A stretch of 64,000 nt of DNA from an uncultured Bacteroidales bacterium (GTDB lineage: Bacteria > Bacteroidota > Bacteroidia > Bacteroidales > VadinHA17): assembly GCA_963809855.1 (NCBI GenBank), contig CAWELF010000001.1, forward strand, positions 1,245,980 to 1,309,979, written 5' to 3'. The translations under genes were made by a program, and so were the position numbers. Positions 46,087-57,052 of the stretch are shown one piece after another (position 1 is the first letter of the stretch; each line of letters begins with the position of its first letter). The notes beneath the pieces were generated by a model that was not told the DNA's origin, made no database searches, and saw only the letters and a list, made by a program, of their open reading frames with translations.

Positions 46087-48030
46087 CTATTTAATAAAAT
46101 GGAGGAAAACCGACAGGGAATAGGTTCTGCCAGGTTGTGGAAAATACGCAATTGTCTCGTAGGAAACATTAAATACATTTTCAATTTTAAATCTGACGTC
46201 AATATAATTCTCTTTAATGTTGAATTTTATTCCACCAGTAACGTTATTCCTGGTATATCCTTCCAGAAACCCCGTATTATCAGCGGTTGTAAAGGTACGA
46301 CCGGTGAAATTGGTACCAACAATTGCATACAAATTTCTATAACCAACTCGTAATGTGCCATTTAACTGATTCTTTGGAATGTAAATCAATTGTTTATCGG
46401 TTATCTCAGAAGTTACGTTATTCAGTTCTCTCGCGACAGTATAGGAATACCCTGCATTCATATCCACTAACATGCTGTTAAACATATATTTTGCAGACAG
46501 TATCGATTCAAAACCAGATGAGTTTACACTTCCTATATTATCTGCAACCCAAAAATAAGAATCACCGGGACGCCATTGTATCATATCCCGAATATGGTTA
46601 TTAAAATAATTAAGCTCCGATCTCAGTGTAACATTCTGAAAGACATTGTGATCAAGCTTATATCCTATTTCGTAAGAATAAGCATACTCATTTTTCAGAT
46701 TGGGATTTCCGCCCGGGTTCCAGAAGAGGTCATTCAGTGACGGAACTTTCGAGTTTCTTGAAAAATTCAATTTAAGATAATGCTCCTCTCCTTTTATAAT
46801 CCTGTATTCAAATCCCGCTGAATAATCAGGAACTAGTAATGACCTCTCATCGAGTGTTTCCCTTAATAAAACTACAGCGCCAAATCTTTTACCTTTCTTT
46901 CTTTCAGCCGAGAGCGTGAGAGAGGCATTATTGCGACGGATTTTATTGCTGTAATTATTTGATTCAACGTTATTTAATTCATTATCCAGAACAACTTTAA
47001 ATCGTGTGTACTCTCTTATCTGGATAGTCAATCCCCCCTTAAGAACCAGAGTATTAACTGTATTTTTTGAATCTATAGAATACAATTTACTGGTATAGTC
47101 AAGATTAGTATTCATCCAGGCAGTGGATGTGAAGTACTCTACTTTTCCCTTTACAAAATCGTAGTTAACCAGACTCCTGAATGATTCATCAGTTTGCTTT
47201 TCACCAGCATAACCGTAGAGAGTTGAGCCGGGGAGATTCCTTGAAGCCGACTCATACCAGAACCTGGCTGATAGCACATTACCGGAGTTCCTGAAATATA
47301 GTTCCTGCATAAATCCCTCTTGATTTAACTGATTATTTTCTCTTCTTTTAAGTTGGGGTACTGGTGAGGAGACAGTATCAGAATACGAAAAATCGTTCTT
47401 TGATGAATTAAAATATCCTTTGGTAACTGATTGGAAATGTTCACTACCAGTGGCCACTTTCAAAAATTCAGAGTATCTACCATAGCTTCCTGTGCCTGTA
47501 CCCGCGTCAAGAAGTGTCTGAGTTTTCCACTTTGGCTCATTCTCAAGATTTATTATTCCGCCTATGGCACCATTTCCGAGATCCATCGAACTACCTCCAA
47601 AACTGATCATTACATTATCAATCAGTCCCGAAGGGATAAGAGAAAAGTCGGTTTGACCTAACATTGGATCATTAATATTGATACCATTCCAGGTCACTTT
47701 GGTATGGCCGGCTAATGTTCCTCTGAATGATGAAGTTGCTGTTCCTCCCGATCCATAATTTTTAATATAAAGGCTCGTGTTTTCATCAAGTATATCAGTA
47801 AGAAGTGAGAGTGAATAATCCTTAACTCTCAAAGAATCGATGTCGTAGAACTTATATCCTGGTTGTGAGGAACTTATCTGCTTCCTGGAAATTATCACCT
47901 CCTGAATTTTAATTGTATCGTCAGTGACGTGATTTTGTCCGTACAACGGAAATGATGAACTACTTAAGATTAAAATAAATCCTGGTACTAAAAGATGCTG
48001 CCTGAATGTCTTCCTGTTAGTGTTCTCCAT
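46087..48030 (-). CDS. btuB: TonB-dependent cobalamin receptor
   Basis: Plug (IKNYGSGG..SFRG, WNGININ), GNPNLKNE, C-terminal PGRTYSLSV; follows the cobalamin riboswitch. Confidence 0.88.
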   Translation of the reverse strand: MENTNRKTFRQHLLVPGFILILSSSSFPLYGQNHVTDDTIKIQEVIISRKQISSSQPGYKFYDIDSLRVKDYSLSLLTDILDENTSLYIKNYGSGGTATSSFRGTLAGHTKVTWNGININDPMLGQTDFSLIPSGLIDNVMISFGGSSMDLGNGAIGGIINLENEPKWKTQTLLDAGTGTGSYGRYSEFLKVATGSEHFQSVTKGYFNSSKNDFSYSDTVSSPVPQLKRRENNQLNQEGFMQELYFRNSGNVLSARFWYESASRNLPGSTLYGYAGEKQTDESFRSLVNYDFVKGKVEYFTSTAWMNTNLDYTSKLYSIDSKNTVNTLVLKGGLTIQIREYTRFKVVLDNELNNVESNNYSNKIRRNNASLTLSAERKKGKRFGAVVLLRETLDERSLLVPDYSAGFEYRIIKGEEHYLKLNFSRNSKVPSLNDLFWNPGGNPNLKNEYAYSYEIGYKLDHNVFQNVTLRSELNYFNNHIRDMIQWRPGDSYFWVADNIGSVNSSGFESILSAKYMFNSMLVDMNAGYSYTVARELNNVTSEITDKQLIYIPKNQLNGTLRVGYRNLYAIVGTNFTGRTFTTADNTGFLEGYTRNNVTGGIKFNIKENYIDVRFKIENVFNVSYETIAYFPQPGRTYSLSVFLHFIK

Positions 48031-48141
48031 AATAATATTTATCAATTTATCCGATAATTATTATTCCTGGCTGACAGAAGATTGAGTAGGGAATCAGAAA
48101 ATGATCCTTGCTTTTCTTCCCGAAAGCTTTGAATAATATTT

Positions 48142-48340
48142 TGTATGGCAGGTCTTCTGACTTATCCCGGTCTTTTGAAGCCTTCCCATCCCGATTAACC
48201 GGAACAGTGGCAGGTAGTTCAAAAAACCATCATCCCGTAAAAGACGGGATCAGGCATCACAGCAGCGGGTACTGTTGCGGATTCAAACCGCATTCCCTTT
48301 TCATCGCAATGATTTTATCTCATTGCAACACCAAAACATT
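48142..48340 (-). ncRNA. Cobalamin (AdoCbl) riboswitch
   Basis: Minus strand: tggtg...aaaagggaatgcggtttgaatccgcaacagtacccgctgctgtg...gccactg...gggaagg...aagtcagaagacctgcc. Confidence 0.95.
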
Positions 48341-48341
48341 A

Positions 48342-48349
48342 CAAATATA
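48342..48349 (-). promoter_or_regulatory. -7 box for riboswitch-btu transcript
   Basis: TATATTTG immediately upstream of the riboswitch. Confidence 0.65.
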
Positions 48350-48499
48350 CATGTTATTTTGATGAGAGGGTTTAAGATCACTTCACAGATATTAACATTT
48401 ATCAACAATGTTGTAAATATCTAATTCACAATATATTAACAAAACATAATATTAAAATGAAGGATAGCGGTGGATGGAAAAACCTGTTTTTTATATAGC

Positions 48500-49534
48500 C
48501 TAAATCGTTCCGCAGGAATTTCTGACAATGAGTTCAGGTGATATGTTTACCTGTCGTTTAAATTTTCCTTTTCCTGAATTTTTTATCTCCGACCAAATCA
48601 TGTTCGCAACTTTTGTCGACATACCGGATAGTGGTTTCCGGAGGCAGGTTACCGGGGAAAACATCAGGTCAAATCCTGTTCCCTCCTCCATTGAGATTAT
48701 TGCTACGTCCTGTGGAACTCTCAATTTCTTTAACCTTAGCATGGTCATTACCGGATATACAAGGTCTGCGTTCATTATTATCATTACATCTGCCCGGTAA
48801 GGAGGTCGGAGGAATCGGTCGAACTGATCAAAATTGACACCTTCATCAGTCAGTGGTTTACGCATCTCAACAACTACTGGTCTGTTTACAGAGGGTTTTT
48901 GAGCAAGAGCGTCAATAATATCCTGAACTGCTTCAGCATTAGCTTGTTTACATTTCAGATCATTTACAATAAGAATATTTGAATAGCCAAGTTTATCAAT
49001 GTGTTTTGCAATAAGAGCAGCTCCTGCAACAGTATCGGTGCATACCGTATTCAAACGCAGGCTCTTTACTGGTCTTTCAAGTACAACAAATGGGTAATCG
49101 GTAGTTTTAAGTCCGCGAATAGTATTTTCATCAGCTGCATCACCCAAAAGGATAAGACCGCTGTAAAACTTTTTAAAAGCTCCTACCAGTCTGTCATATC
49201 TTTGATCATCAGGGTCTTTAGTAACAATGGAGAATCCTACTCCAATACTAAGAAATGCTCTTTGTAGGAATGGGGTTATCTGAATAACGAAAGGATCATT
49301 CAAAGAAGGAACAATCATCCCCAGTACTCCCGGCTTTTCTTCAACAGGAGAGCTTTCACTTTTTTCATGCATTGATTCGAAGTAGCCCATTTGTTTCGCA
49401 AGATGGAGCACCTTCTCCTGGGTATCTTTACGAATACCCTGCTGGTCAGCTTTATTATTTAATACCAGTGAGACTAACGTACCCGAAACTCCAAGTCTCG
49501 CAGCCAAATCTTTATTCTTAAATTTTTTTCCCAT
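48500..49534 (-). CDS. LacI family transcriptional regulator
   Basis: KDLAARLGVSGTLVSLVLNNK HTH, RVPQDVAIIS, PELIVRNSC. Confidence 0.9.
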   Translation of the reverse strand: MGKKFKNKDLAARLGVSGTLVSLVLNNKADQQGIRKDTQEKVLHLAKQMGYFESMHEKSESSPVEEKPGVLGMIVPSLNDPFVIQITPFLQRAFLSIGVGFSIVTKDPDDQRYDRLVGAFKKFYSGLILLGDAADENTIRGLKTTDYPFVVLERPVKSLRLNTVCTDTVAGAALIAKHIDKLGYSNILIVNDLKCKQANAEAVQDIIDALAQKPSVNRPVVVEMRKPLTDEGVNFDQFDRFLRPPYRADVMIIMNADLVYPVMTMLRLKKLRVPQDVAIISMEEGTGFDLMFSPVTCLRKPLSGMSTKVANMIWSEIKNSGKGKFKRQVNISPELIVRNSCGTI

Positions 49535-49611
49535 TTCCCCATTTTATTGGAATAATTAAATTTAGTTCTTTTTTTGAATGAGAAAATGCAATTAAGATTA
49601 TTTAACAAAAT

Positions 49612-49643
49612 AAAAAAGGCATTGCATCAGCAATACCTTTTTT
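49612..49643 (-). terminator. Intrinsic terminator of pyrG-yidC
   Basis: Minus strand aaaaaaggtattgc-tgat-gcaatgcc-tttttt. Confidence 0.8.
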
Positions 49644-49665
49644 AATGTAATTATCAACTAATTAA

Positions 49666-51642
49666 CTATTTTTTCGGAGGGTTGATTCCACGTTGTTTTG
49701 CAGCTGCCTCAAGCCGTTGCTGCCACTTAGATTTCTTGACAGGCTTCTTCTTGTTTTCCTCAAGTTTGGCAAGAACAGCTTCTGCATTTACAAATCTTTT
49801 CGATATTAAGTTCTGTCCGAATGTTATCATATTCGCCAGAAAGTAATAGTATGTCAAACCTGCAGAGAAGTTATTGAGTATAAGCATAAACATGATTGGC
49901 ATCATATACATCATCAGCTTCATTCCCGGCTGATCAGATCCCGGTGTCGAGCCTGTCATTCTCATTGTGAGCAAGGTTGATGCAGTCATGAGCAGCGTGA
50001 AAAGGCTCACATGATCTCCATACATCGGGATCATGAATGGAAGCTTAAGTATTGAATCGTAGGTCGACAAATCGGTTGCCCAAAGAAAATGTTCCTGTCT
50101 TAATTCAATTGAAACAGGAAAGAACCTGAACATTGCAAAAAGGATAGGCATCTGCAGCAACATTGGAAGACAACCACCCATCGGGTTCACTCCTGCCCTC
50201 TTGTATAGATCCATCGTTGCCTGCTGCTTTTTCATAGCATCCTCTTTCTTTGGAAATTTCTTTCCAAGTTCTTCAACCTGAGGTTTCAAAATTTGCATCT
50301 TAGCAGTGCTCTGGTAAGATTTCAGGGTAAGAGGAAATAATACAATTTTGATGATCAGAGTAAGAATAAGAATTATTAAGCCGTAATTAACAATATATTT
50401 ATTAAGCCAGTTGAAAATAGGAATAATAGCAAACCTGTTAATCCAGCCGATTATATTTTTTCCGAGGAAGACCAGCTTCTCGAGTTCGAGTCCCTCTTTT
50501 TTAAGGATTTTAAAACTATTTGGTCCGTAATACAACTTCATGCTGATAGCATTCGAAGATGAGAGATTGTAAGGAACACCGATCTCAGAAGTGTTATAAC
50601 GGGTATACTTTGGAGAAGCTATAGTTCGGGTGGCTGAAAGCGAGCCATTCAGAAAGAAGTCGTTTGATATGATAACAGATGAAAAGAACTGATCCTGAAA
50701 TGCAACCCAGCTGAGTTTTGTTGTCACATCAACCTTTTCTACTTCTTTACTCTGTCTTTGCTTCAGGTAGGTAACATCATCCTGATAATATTTATAGGTA
50801 ATGTCTGAGTAATTCTCTTCATTCTGTCTTCCCTTTTCCTGCTGAGGCATATACATTTTCCAGTCGAGTGTAATGCTGTTCTGATTTGCAGCAATAATCC
50901 CTTCCATCGAGTTAAAGGTTACATTAAAGCCAACGCTGTATTTATCGGGAGCCAGTGTATACTTATATTCAATGTACTTATCATCAGCGGCATATAGTCT
51001 CAGACTTACGGTTTCTGCCTGCTTACCTACAACATACGTTTTTTGATCGCTTACCGGTTTAAAATAAAGATTATTCGTTTGTACTGCCTTATTATCAGTA
51101 GTAAAGAAGTTAAACCCAAATACTGTTGAGTCGCCGGAAAACATCACCAAAGGCAGACCATCGAAGGTTTTATAATCTTTCAATCTGGCAGAATAAACCC
51201 TGCCGCCTTTGAGCGAAATCTTAAGTTCTACCTTATTATTTTCGAGGGTAATAAAATCATTTTCGCCAGTGGCTGCATTTGAAAAAATGCCGTACTGGTT
51301 TACATCTGTTTGTACAACAGGAAGATTATTTGCTGTATTTACTGTATGTTCAGTATTTGGTTTCTGAGCGCTTATGGTATCTTCCTTCTGAACTCCGGTA
51401 AAGCCTCCCAATTTCAGGTTAAGTTCATTTAGTTTTGCCAGGGCAACAGGCTGGGTTGGTTTGAATTTCAACGCGTTAATATACTCTGCCCGTGCTGCTT
51501 CCAAATCTCCTTTGGCATAAAATTGTTCTGCAGACACTACAGCTTTCTCATAACCTTTATTCAAACGACTGTTATTATAGATACCAGCTCCAATGAAGAT
51601 TGCAAAAATCAGAATTATACCAGTTATTGTATTTCTATCCAT
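49666..51642 (-). CDS. yidC: Membrane protein insertase YidC
   Basis: MDRNTITG, NYGLIILILTLIIKIVLFPL, GVNPMGGCLPMLLQMPIL, FLWATDLS, AGLTYYY. Confidence 0.96.
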   Translation of the reverse strand: MDRNTITGIILIFAIFIGAGIYNNSRLNKGYEKAVVSAEQFYAKGDLEAARAEYINALKFKPTQPVALAKLNELNLKLGGFTGVQKEDTISAQKPNTEHTVNTANNLPVVQTDVNQYGIFSNAATGENDFITLENNKVELKISLKGGRVYSARLKDYKTFDGLPLVMFSGDSTVFGFNFFTTDNKAVQTNNLYFKPVSDQKTYVVGKQAETVSLRLYAADDKYIEYKYTLAPDKYSVGFNVTFNSMEGIIAANQNSITLDWKMYMPQQEKGRQNEENYSDITYKYYQDDVTYLKQRQSKEVEKVDVTTKLSWVAFQDQFFSSVIISNDFFLNGSLSATRTIASPKYTRYNTSEIGVPYNLSSSNAISMKLYYGPNSFKILKKEGLELEKLVFLGKNIIGWINRFAIIPIFNWLNKYIVNYGLIILILTLIIKIVLFPLTLKSYQSTAKMQILKPQVEELGKKFPKKEDAMKKQQATMDLYKRAGVNPMGGCLPMLLQMPILFAMFRFFPVSIELRQEHFLWATDLSTYDSILKLPFMIPMYGDHVSLFTLLMTASTLLTMRMTGSTPGSDQPGMKLMMYMMPIMFMLILNNFSAGLTYYYFLANMITFGQNLISKRFVNAEAVLAKLEENKKKPVKKSKWQQRLEAAAKQRGINPPKK

Positions 51643-51668
51643 TATTTAATTTTGATTAGTTGATGTTG

Positions 51669-51724
51669 AGACGCAATGCATTGCGTCTTTAATGTCTATA
51701 TTATATTGATAAGCAATGCATTGC
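51669..51724. repeat. Perfect 20-bp palindrome (REP-like) plus partial copy
   Basis: agacgcaatgcattgcgtct at 51669-51688; gcaatgcattgc at 51713-51724. Confidence 0.75.
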
Positions 51725-51728
51725 AGAC

Positions 51729-53354
<1,626 letters not shown>

Positions 53355-53370
53355 TCAGAACCTATATTTA

Positions 53371-55269
53371 TTACTCATCAAAACCTGATTGGTCGATCAT
53401 TTTGACCTTTTCCTCAAGCGTCTTAATAAGCTTCTTGGCGCTGTCAATTTTTTCCTCTACCTCTTTAATCATAGTATCGGCTTTTGTTGATTTTGCAAAG
53501 AAACCAATATTATTTTCCCACAACACGATATCACTTTCCAACTGTTTAATCTTGGTAAAGAACTTATCCCTTTCGTTTTGTACTTTTCGAGTAGCCTTAG
53601 GATTTGTCTTAAGACTATCGAGTTTTGTTTTATATTTCAGGATACTCTTATCTTCATCACCTATTTTCAGCTTATCAAATTCTTTGTTAAGTGCGTTTCT
53701 GTATTTAGTTGTAATCTCATCTTTCATATTAAAAGGAACAAAACCAATATCTGTCCACCTTCTCTGAATATCCTTAAGATGTTCAAAGGCAGCCTGTACA
53801 TCTGCTCCCGGTACAAACTTTTCAAGCTCGTCGATTATAGCCAGTTTTGCTTTGAGATTATCTTCGTAGGATGTATCCAGTTCCGCGAAGAACTGAGTTT
53901 TTCTGTTGAAGAAATGGTCGCATGCTTTGCGGAATCTCTTCCAGCATTTTTCAGATTGCTTACGTGGAACAGGACCAACTTCCTTCCACTCTTTCTGCAG
54001 CTTTATCAACGCGTCGGAAGTGGATTTCCAGTCAGTGCTTTCCTGAAGCGCTTCAGCCTGCATGCACAATTCTGTCTTTAACTGCAGATTGGTAAGCTGA
54101 ATCTCTTTGTTATCCGAATAGAAACTTCTTTTCTTTTCAAAAAATGCATCGCATGCATCACGAAATCTCTGATATACTTTATTATTCTGCTTTTTAGGGG
54201 CAAATCCGATAGTTCTCCACATCTTTTGCAGTTCAACAACCTTATCTGCCCTTTCATCAAAATCTTTGAAATTCTTAAATTCCAACAAATTGATAGCCTC
54301 TACTTCCTCACATAAAGCAATCTTAGCTTCAAGATTTTTACGTTGTTCCTCTTTCTGCTTTTCGAAATACTCATGATGGCTTTTATTAATCTGAGAAGTA
54401 GCTTCTTTAAACCTTTCCCAAATATCATTTTTCGATTCAGGAGGAACCGGTCCAATCTCCCTCCACTGATCGTGAAAGTCCTGCAAAAATCTGAATGCAT
54501 TTACAGGGTTTGGTTCAAGAAGAAGTGCTTCAGCTTTTTCGCATAAAGAGATCTTCGATTCCAGGTTTTTCTTAAGATCGAGGTCTCTTAATTCTTTATT
54601 GATTTTTATATAATCATAGAAAATCTCAACATAATGATGATAATTTTCCCATAGATCTTTGAGTGAAGATTGCGGAACAACACCTGTGGTGTGCCATTCA
54701 TTCTGCAGTAAACGAAAATCATGAAAAGTTTTGTTTATCGACTCTTCACGATTAACCAGTTCCTTAATCTTGTCGATTATCTCATACTTTTTCTTAAGAT
54801 TCTCATATTTTTCAGCTTCCTGAATCTTATTAAAATCGGTTTTTTTCTCTTTGAACTTTTCCAGCAGCTGTTTTACTCTTGCATCATCTGAGTCTACCCA
54901 GGCCCTGTAATCTTCTATTTTTCCTCCGTCCTCGAGAAATTTGGCCTTTCTTTCATCGGCTTCCTGCTTCAGTTTTTTATAAAAGAGAAGTTTTATCCTA
55001 TCAACATCGTCCCGTATTTCTGCAGGAGCACGATTTTCAACTATAAGACTCAATGTCTCAACCAGTTCGTGTTTCGAATACGACGAATAATCAACTGGTG
55101 GAAGTTCTATTTCAGTAAAATCAGTTTCGTCTTTAGGCAGGAGTTCTTCCTTCTCAGCTTCAAGTACTTGCGCGTTTTCTGCTTGTGTGGCATCCTCAGT
55201 TTCGGCAGCATTATCATTTGCCCCAAATTGTTCTTCATGAACAGAGTCATCCGGATTTTTCTTGGTCAT
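53371..55269 (-). CDS. DUF349 domain protein
   Basis: Repeated K..LCE.AE.L...LQ..W..IG.VP...W.RF..ACD.FF units; acidic N-terminus. Confidence 0.9.
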   Translation of the reverse strand: MTKKNPDDSVHEEQFGANDNAAETEDATQAENAQVLEAEKEELLPKDETDFTEIELPPVDYSSYSKHELVETLSLIVENRAPAEIRDDVDRIKLLFYKKLKQEADERKAKFLEDGGKIEDYRAWVDSDDARVKQLLEKFKEKKTDFNKIQEAEKYENLKKKYEIIDKIKELVNREESINKTFHDFRLLQNEWHTTGVVPQSSLKDLWENYHHYVEIFYDYIKINKELRDLDLKKNLESKISLCEKAEALLLEPNPVNAFRFLQDFHDQWREIGPVPPESKNDIWERFKEATSQINKSHHEYFEKQKEEQRKNLEAKIALCEEVEAINLLEFKNFKDFDERADKVVELQKMWRTIGFAPKKQNNKVYQRFRDACDAFFEKKRSFYSDNKEIQLTNLQLKTELCMQAEALQESTDWKSTSDALIKLQKEWKEVGPVPRKQSEKCWKRFRKACDHFFNRKTQFFAELDTSYEDNLKAKLAIIDELEKFVPGADVQAAFEHLKDIQRRWTDIGFVPFNMKDEITTKYRNALNKEFDKLKIGDEDKSILKYKTKLDSLKTNPKATRKVQNERDKFFTKIKQLESDIVLWENNIGFFAKSTKADTMIKEVEEKIDSAKKLIKTLEEKVKMIDQSGFDE

Positions 55270-55566
55270 AATCAATCCTTTTATATTTCAGCTCTTTATC
55301 AGTATTTTACACCACGGCTTCCCATGGAATTTTCAGAGTACGAAAATATTGAAATATTTATTAAAACTCAAAGAATTAGCATAAATAAATGTAAGAATCA
55401 GCGTTTAAGAATATGTGACGAAAATAGTCGATAATTCAGAAAGCAGATAAATTCGGTTTATATGATTACCACTTAAGTAGTTTTAAAATATTAATAATAT
55501 ATTTGGTTATAATTTAAATGGTTTTAATAAATCGACAATTTCTCAATATCAATTATACATATTTAT

Positions 55567-55746
55567 ATGAAAAACAGGGATATTATAGTATTCGCAGTTA
55601 TTTTAGTTTATGCAGCTGTCAGGTTATATATGAAATATGGTAGAAAGGAGAAAAGTGATTCGACTTCAGCTACAAAGACGGATTCTGACACAAAGTTCTT
55701 TTCATCCTCAAAAGAAGATGAGTATGAACCTTATTCAAAAAAATGA
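55567..55746 (+). CDS. 59-aa single-TM small protein (not in ORF track)
   Basis: MKNRDIIVFAVILVYAAVRLYMKYGRKEKSDSTSATKTDSDTKFFSSSKEDEYEPYSKK; fills the gap up to the convergent HlyD gene. Confidence 0.6.
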   Translation: MKNRDIIVFAVILVYAAVRLYMKYGRKEKSDSTSATKTDSDTKFFSSSKEDEYEPYSKK

Positions 55747-55753
55747 TTGTAAT

Positions 55754-57043
55754 TTACCTTTTGTTTTTTGAAACCAAATAACGGAAAGGGTTAACAATCT
55801 TCTGGATAAGGCGTAGATCTTCGCTGATGATTTCTGCTGTGCCAACCATATTTTGGGTGAATTCAAGCTTCTTTCCATACAAAGTGTTCAAACCATCCGG
55901 CAGGTCAATTTCAATTATGTAAGCATCACCTGTTGGAACAAGGGATTTCGATTTCACCACTCCCCTAACCATCCCGTATTCAAGATATGGATAACCACTT
56001 AGCTTGATATTCACTAATTGTCCGGGTTTAACTTTGCCCGATCGTTGCATTTTAAGATTGATTCTTCCCAGGTAACTGCCTGCATCAATCGGCACAATGC
56101 TTAGCACAGGTTCATCTTTTATTACAGACTGATTAATGCTCCAGAATCTTGTGAATGAGACAGTTCCATCAATAGGAGATATTAAAAGATAATTGTTTTC
56201 CCATATTTTAATCTGGGCTTTCAGGTTCATAAACGATTCTCCCAGAATTGCCACATACTTTTCTTTTTCCTGATTCCTGTTAATTCTATAATCCACAAGT
56301 AATTGCCTCTTTTCAGCAAGCTCTATCAACTTTGAGGAATGATCCAGTCGAACCTGCTGTAATTCGATGTTAAGGCGTATTAGTGATTGATGAGATTTTT
56401 CAAGTTCACTTTCGGGGATGACCTTATTCGCATAGAGAGAAGAATCGCGCTTGTATTTTCTTTCTTCAAGATTCCTGTTCTCTGAATTTAATTTCTCTTT
56501 TATAACCAGCCTGTTTATATATTCCTGGATTCCATTTATTTCATCATTAAGTGAATTGATCTTGTTCCCATAAAAATCATTCAAAGTATTGCTGTTCAGA
56601 TCTGATAAATTCTTTAGAAATGTCGAATAGAAACCCTGAAGTTCCCCAAGCTCAGAAAATACTGGAAGCGATCGTGCCTGAAGCAGCTCGGGTCTGCTGA
56701 TTGTATCAATGGTTCGTTTAAGTGATTCAATCTCGGTCATTGAAGCAGTTGTCTCCATTACAGCAATTAACTGACCTGCAGCAACATGCTCCCTTTCCTT
56801 TGCATAAAGATTTTTTATACGTCCGGAAATCTTCGTCACAAGGGTTACCGGAGGATTAACTGTTGTTATTTCAACTGGCGCAGGAATTGTATCGGGATAT
56901 CTGATCAACCATGCAAAAAAGATAAAAACAACAAAAACTGAAAACATTATGGTGGTCCCCCATCGGAGGATCTTTCTGGGAGGTCTTCCCATAATCTCGC
57001 GAACAGGATCGGAATATAATATTTCAGGTTTGCTGTCTTTCAC
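55754..57043 (-). CDS. HlyD family membrane fusion protein of peptide exporter
   Basis: GTG start; TM, coiled coil, LISPIDGTV, SGKVKPGQLVNIKLSGYPYLEYG. Confidence 0.9.
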   Translation of the reverse strand: MKDSKPEILYSDPVREIMGRPPRKILRWGTTIMFSVFVVFIFFAWLIRYPDTIPAPVEITTVNPPVTLVTKISGRIKNLYAKEREHVAAGQLIAVMETTASMTEIESLKRTIDTISRPELLQARSLPVFSELGELQGFYSTFLKNLSDLNSNTLNDFYGNKINSLNDEINGIQEYINRLVIKEKLNSENRNLEERKYKRDSSLYANKVIPESELEKSHQSLIRLNIELQQVRLDHSSKLIELAEKRQLLVDYRINRNQEKEKYVAILGESFMNLKAQIKIWENNYLLISPIDGTVSFTRFWSINQSVIKDEPVLSIVPIDAGSYLGRINLKMQRSGKVKPGQLVNIKLSGYPYLEYGMVRGVVKSKSLVPTGDAYIIEIDLPDGLNTLYGKKLEFTQNMVGTAEIISEDLRLIQKIVNPFRYLVSKNKR

Positions 57044-57052
57044 AGGTTTATT

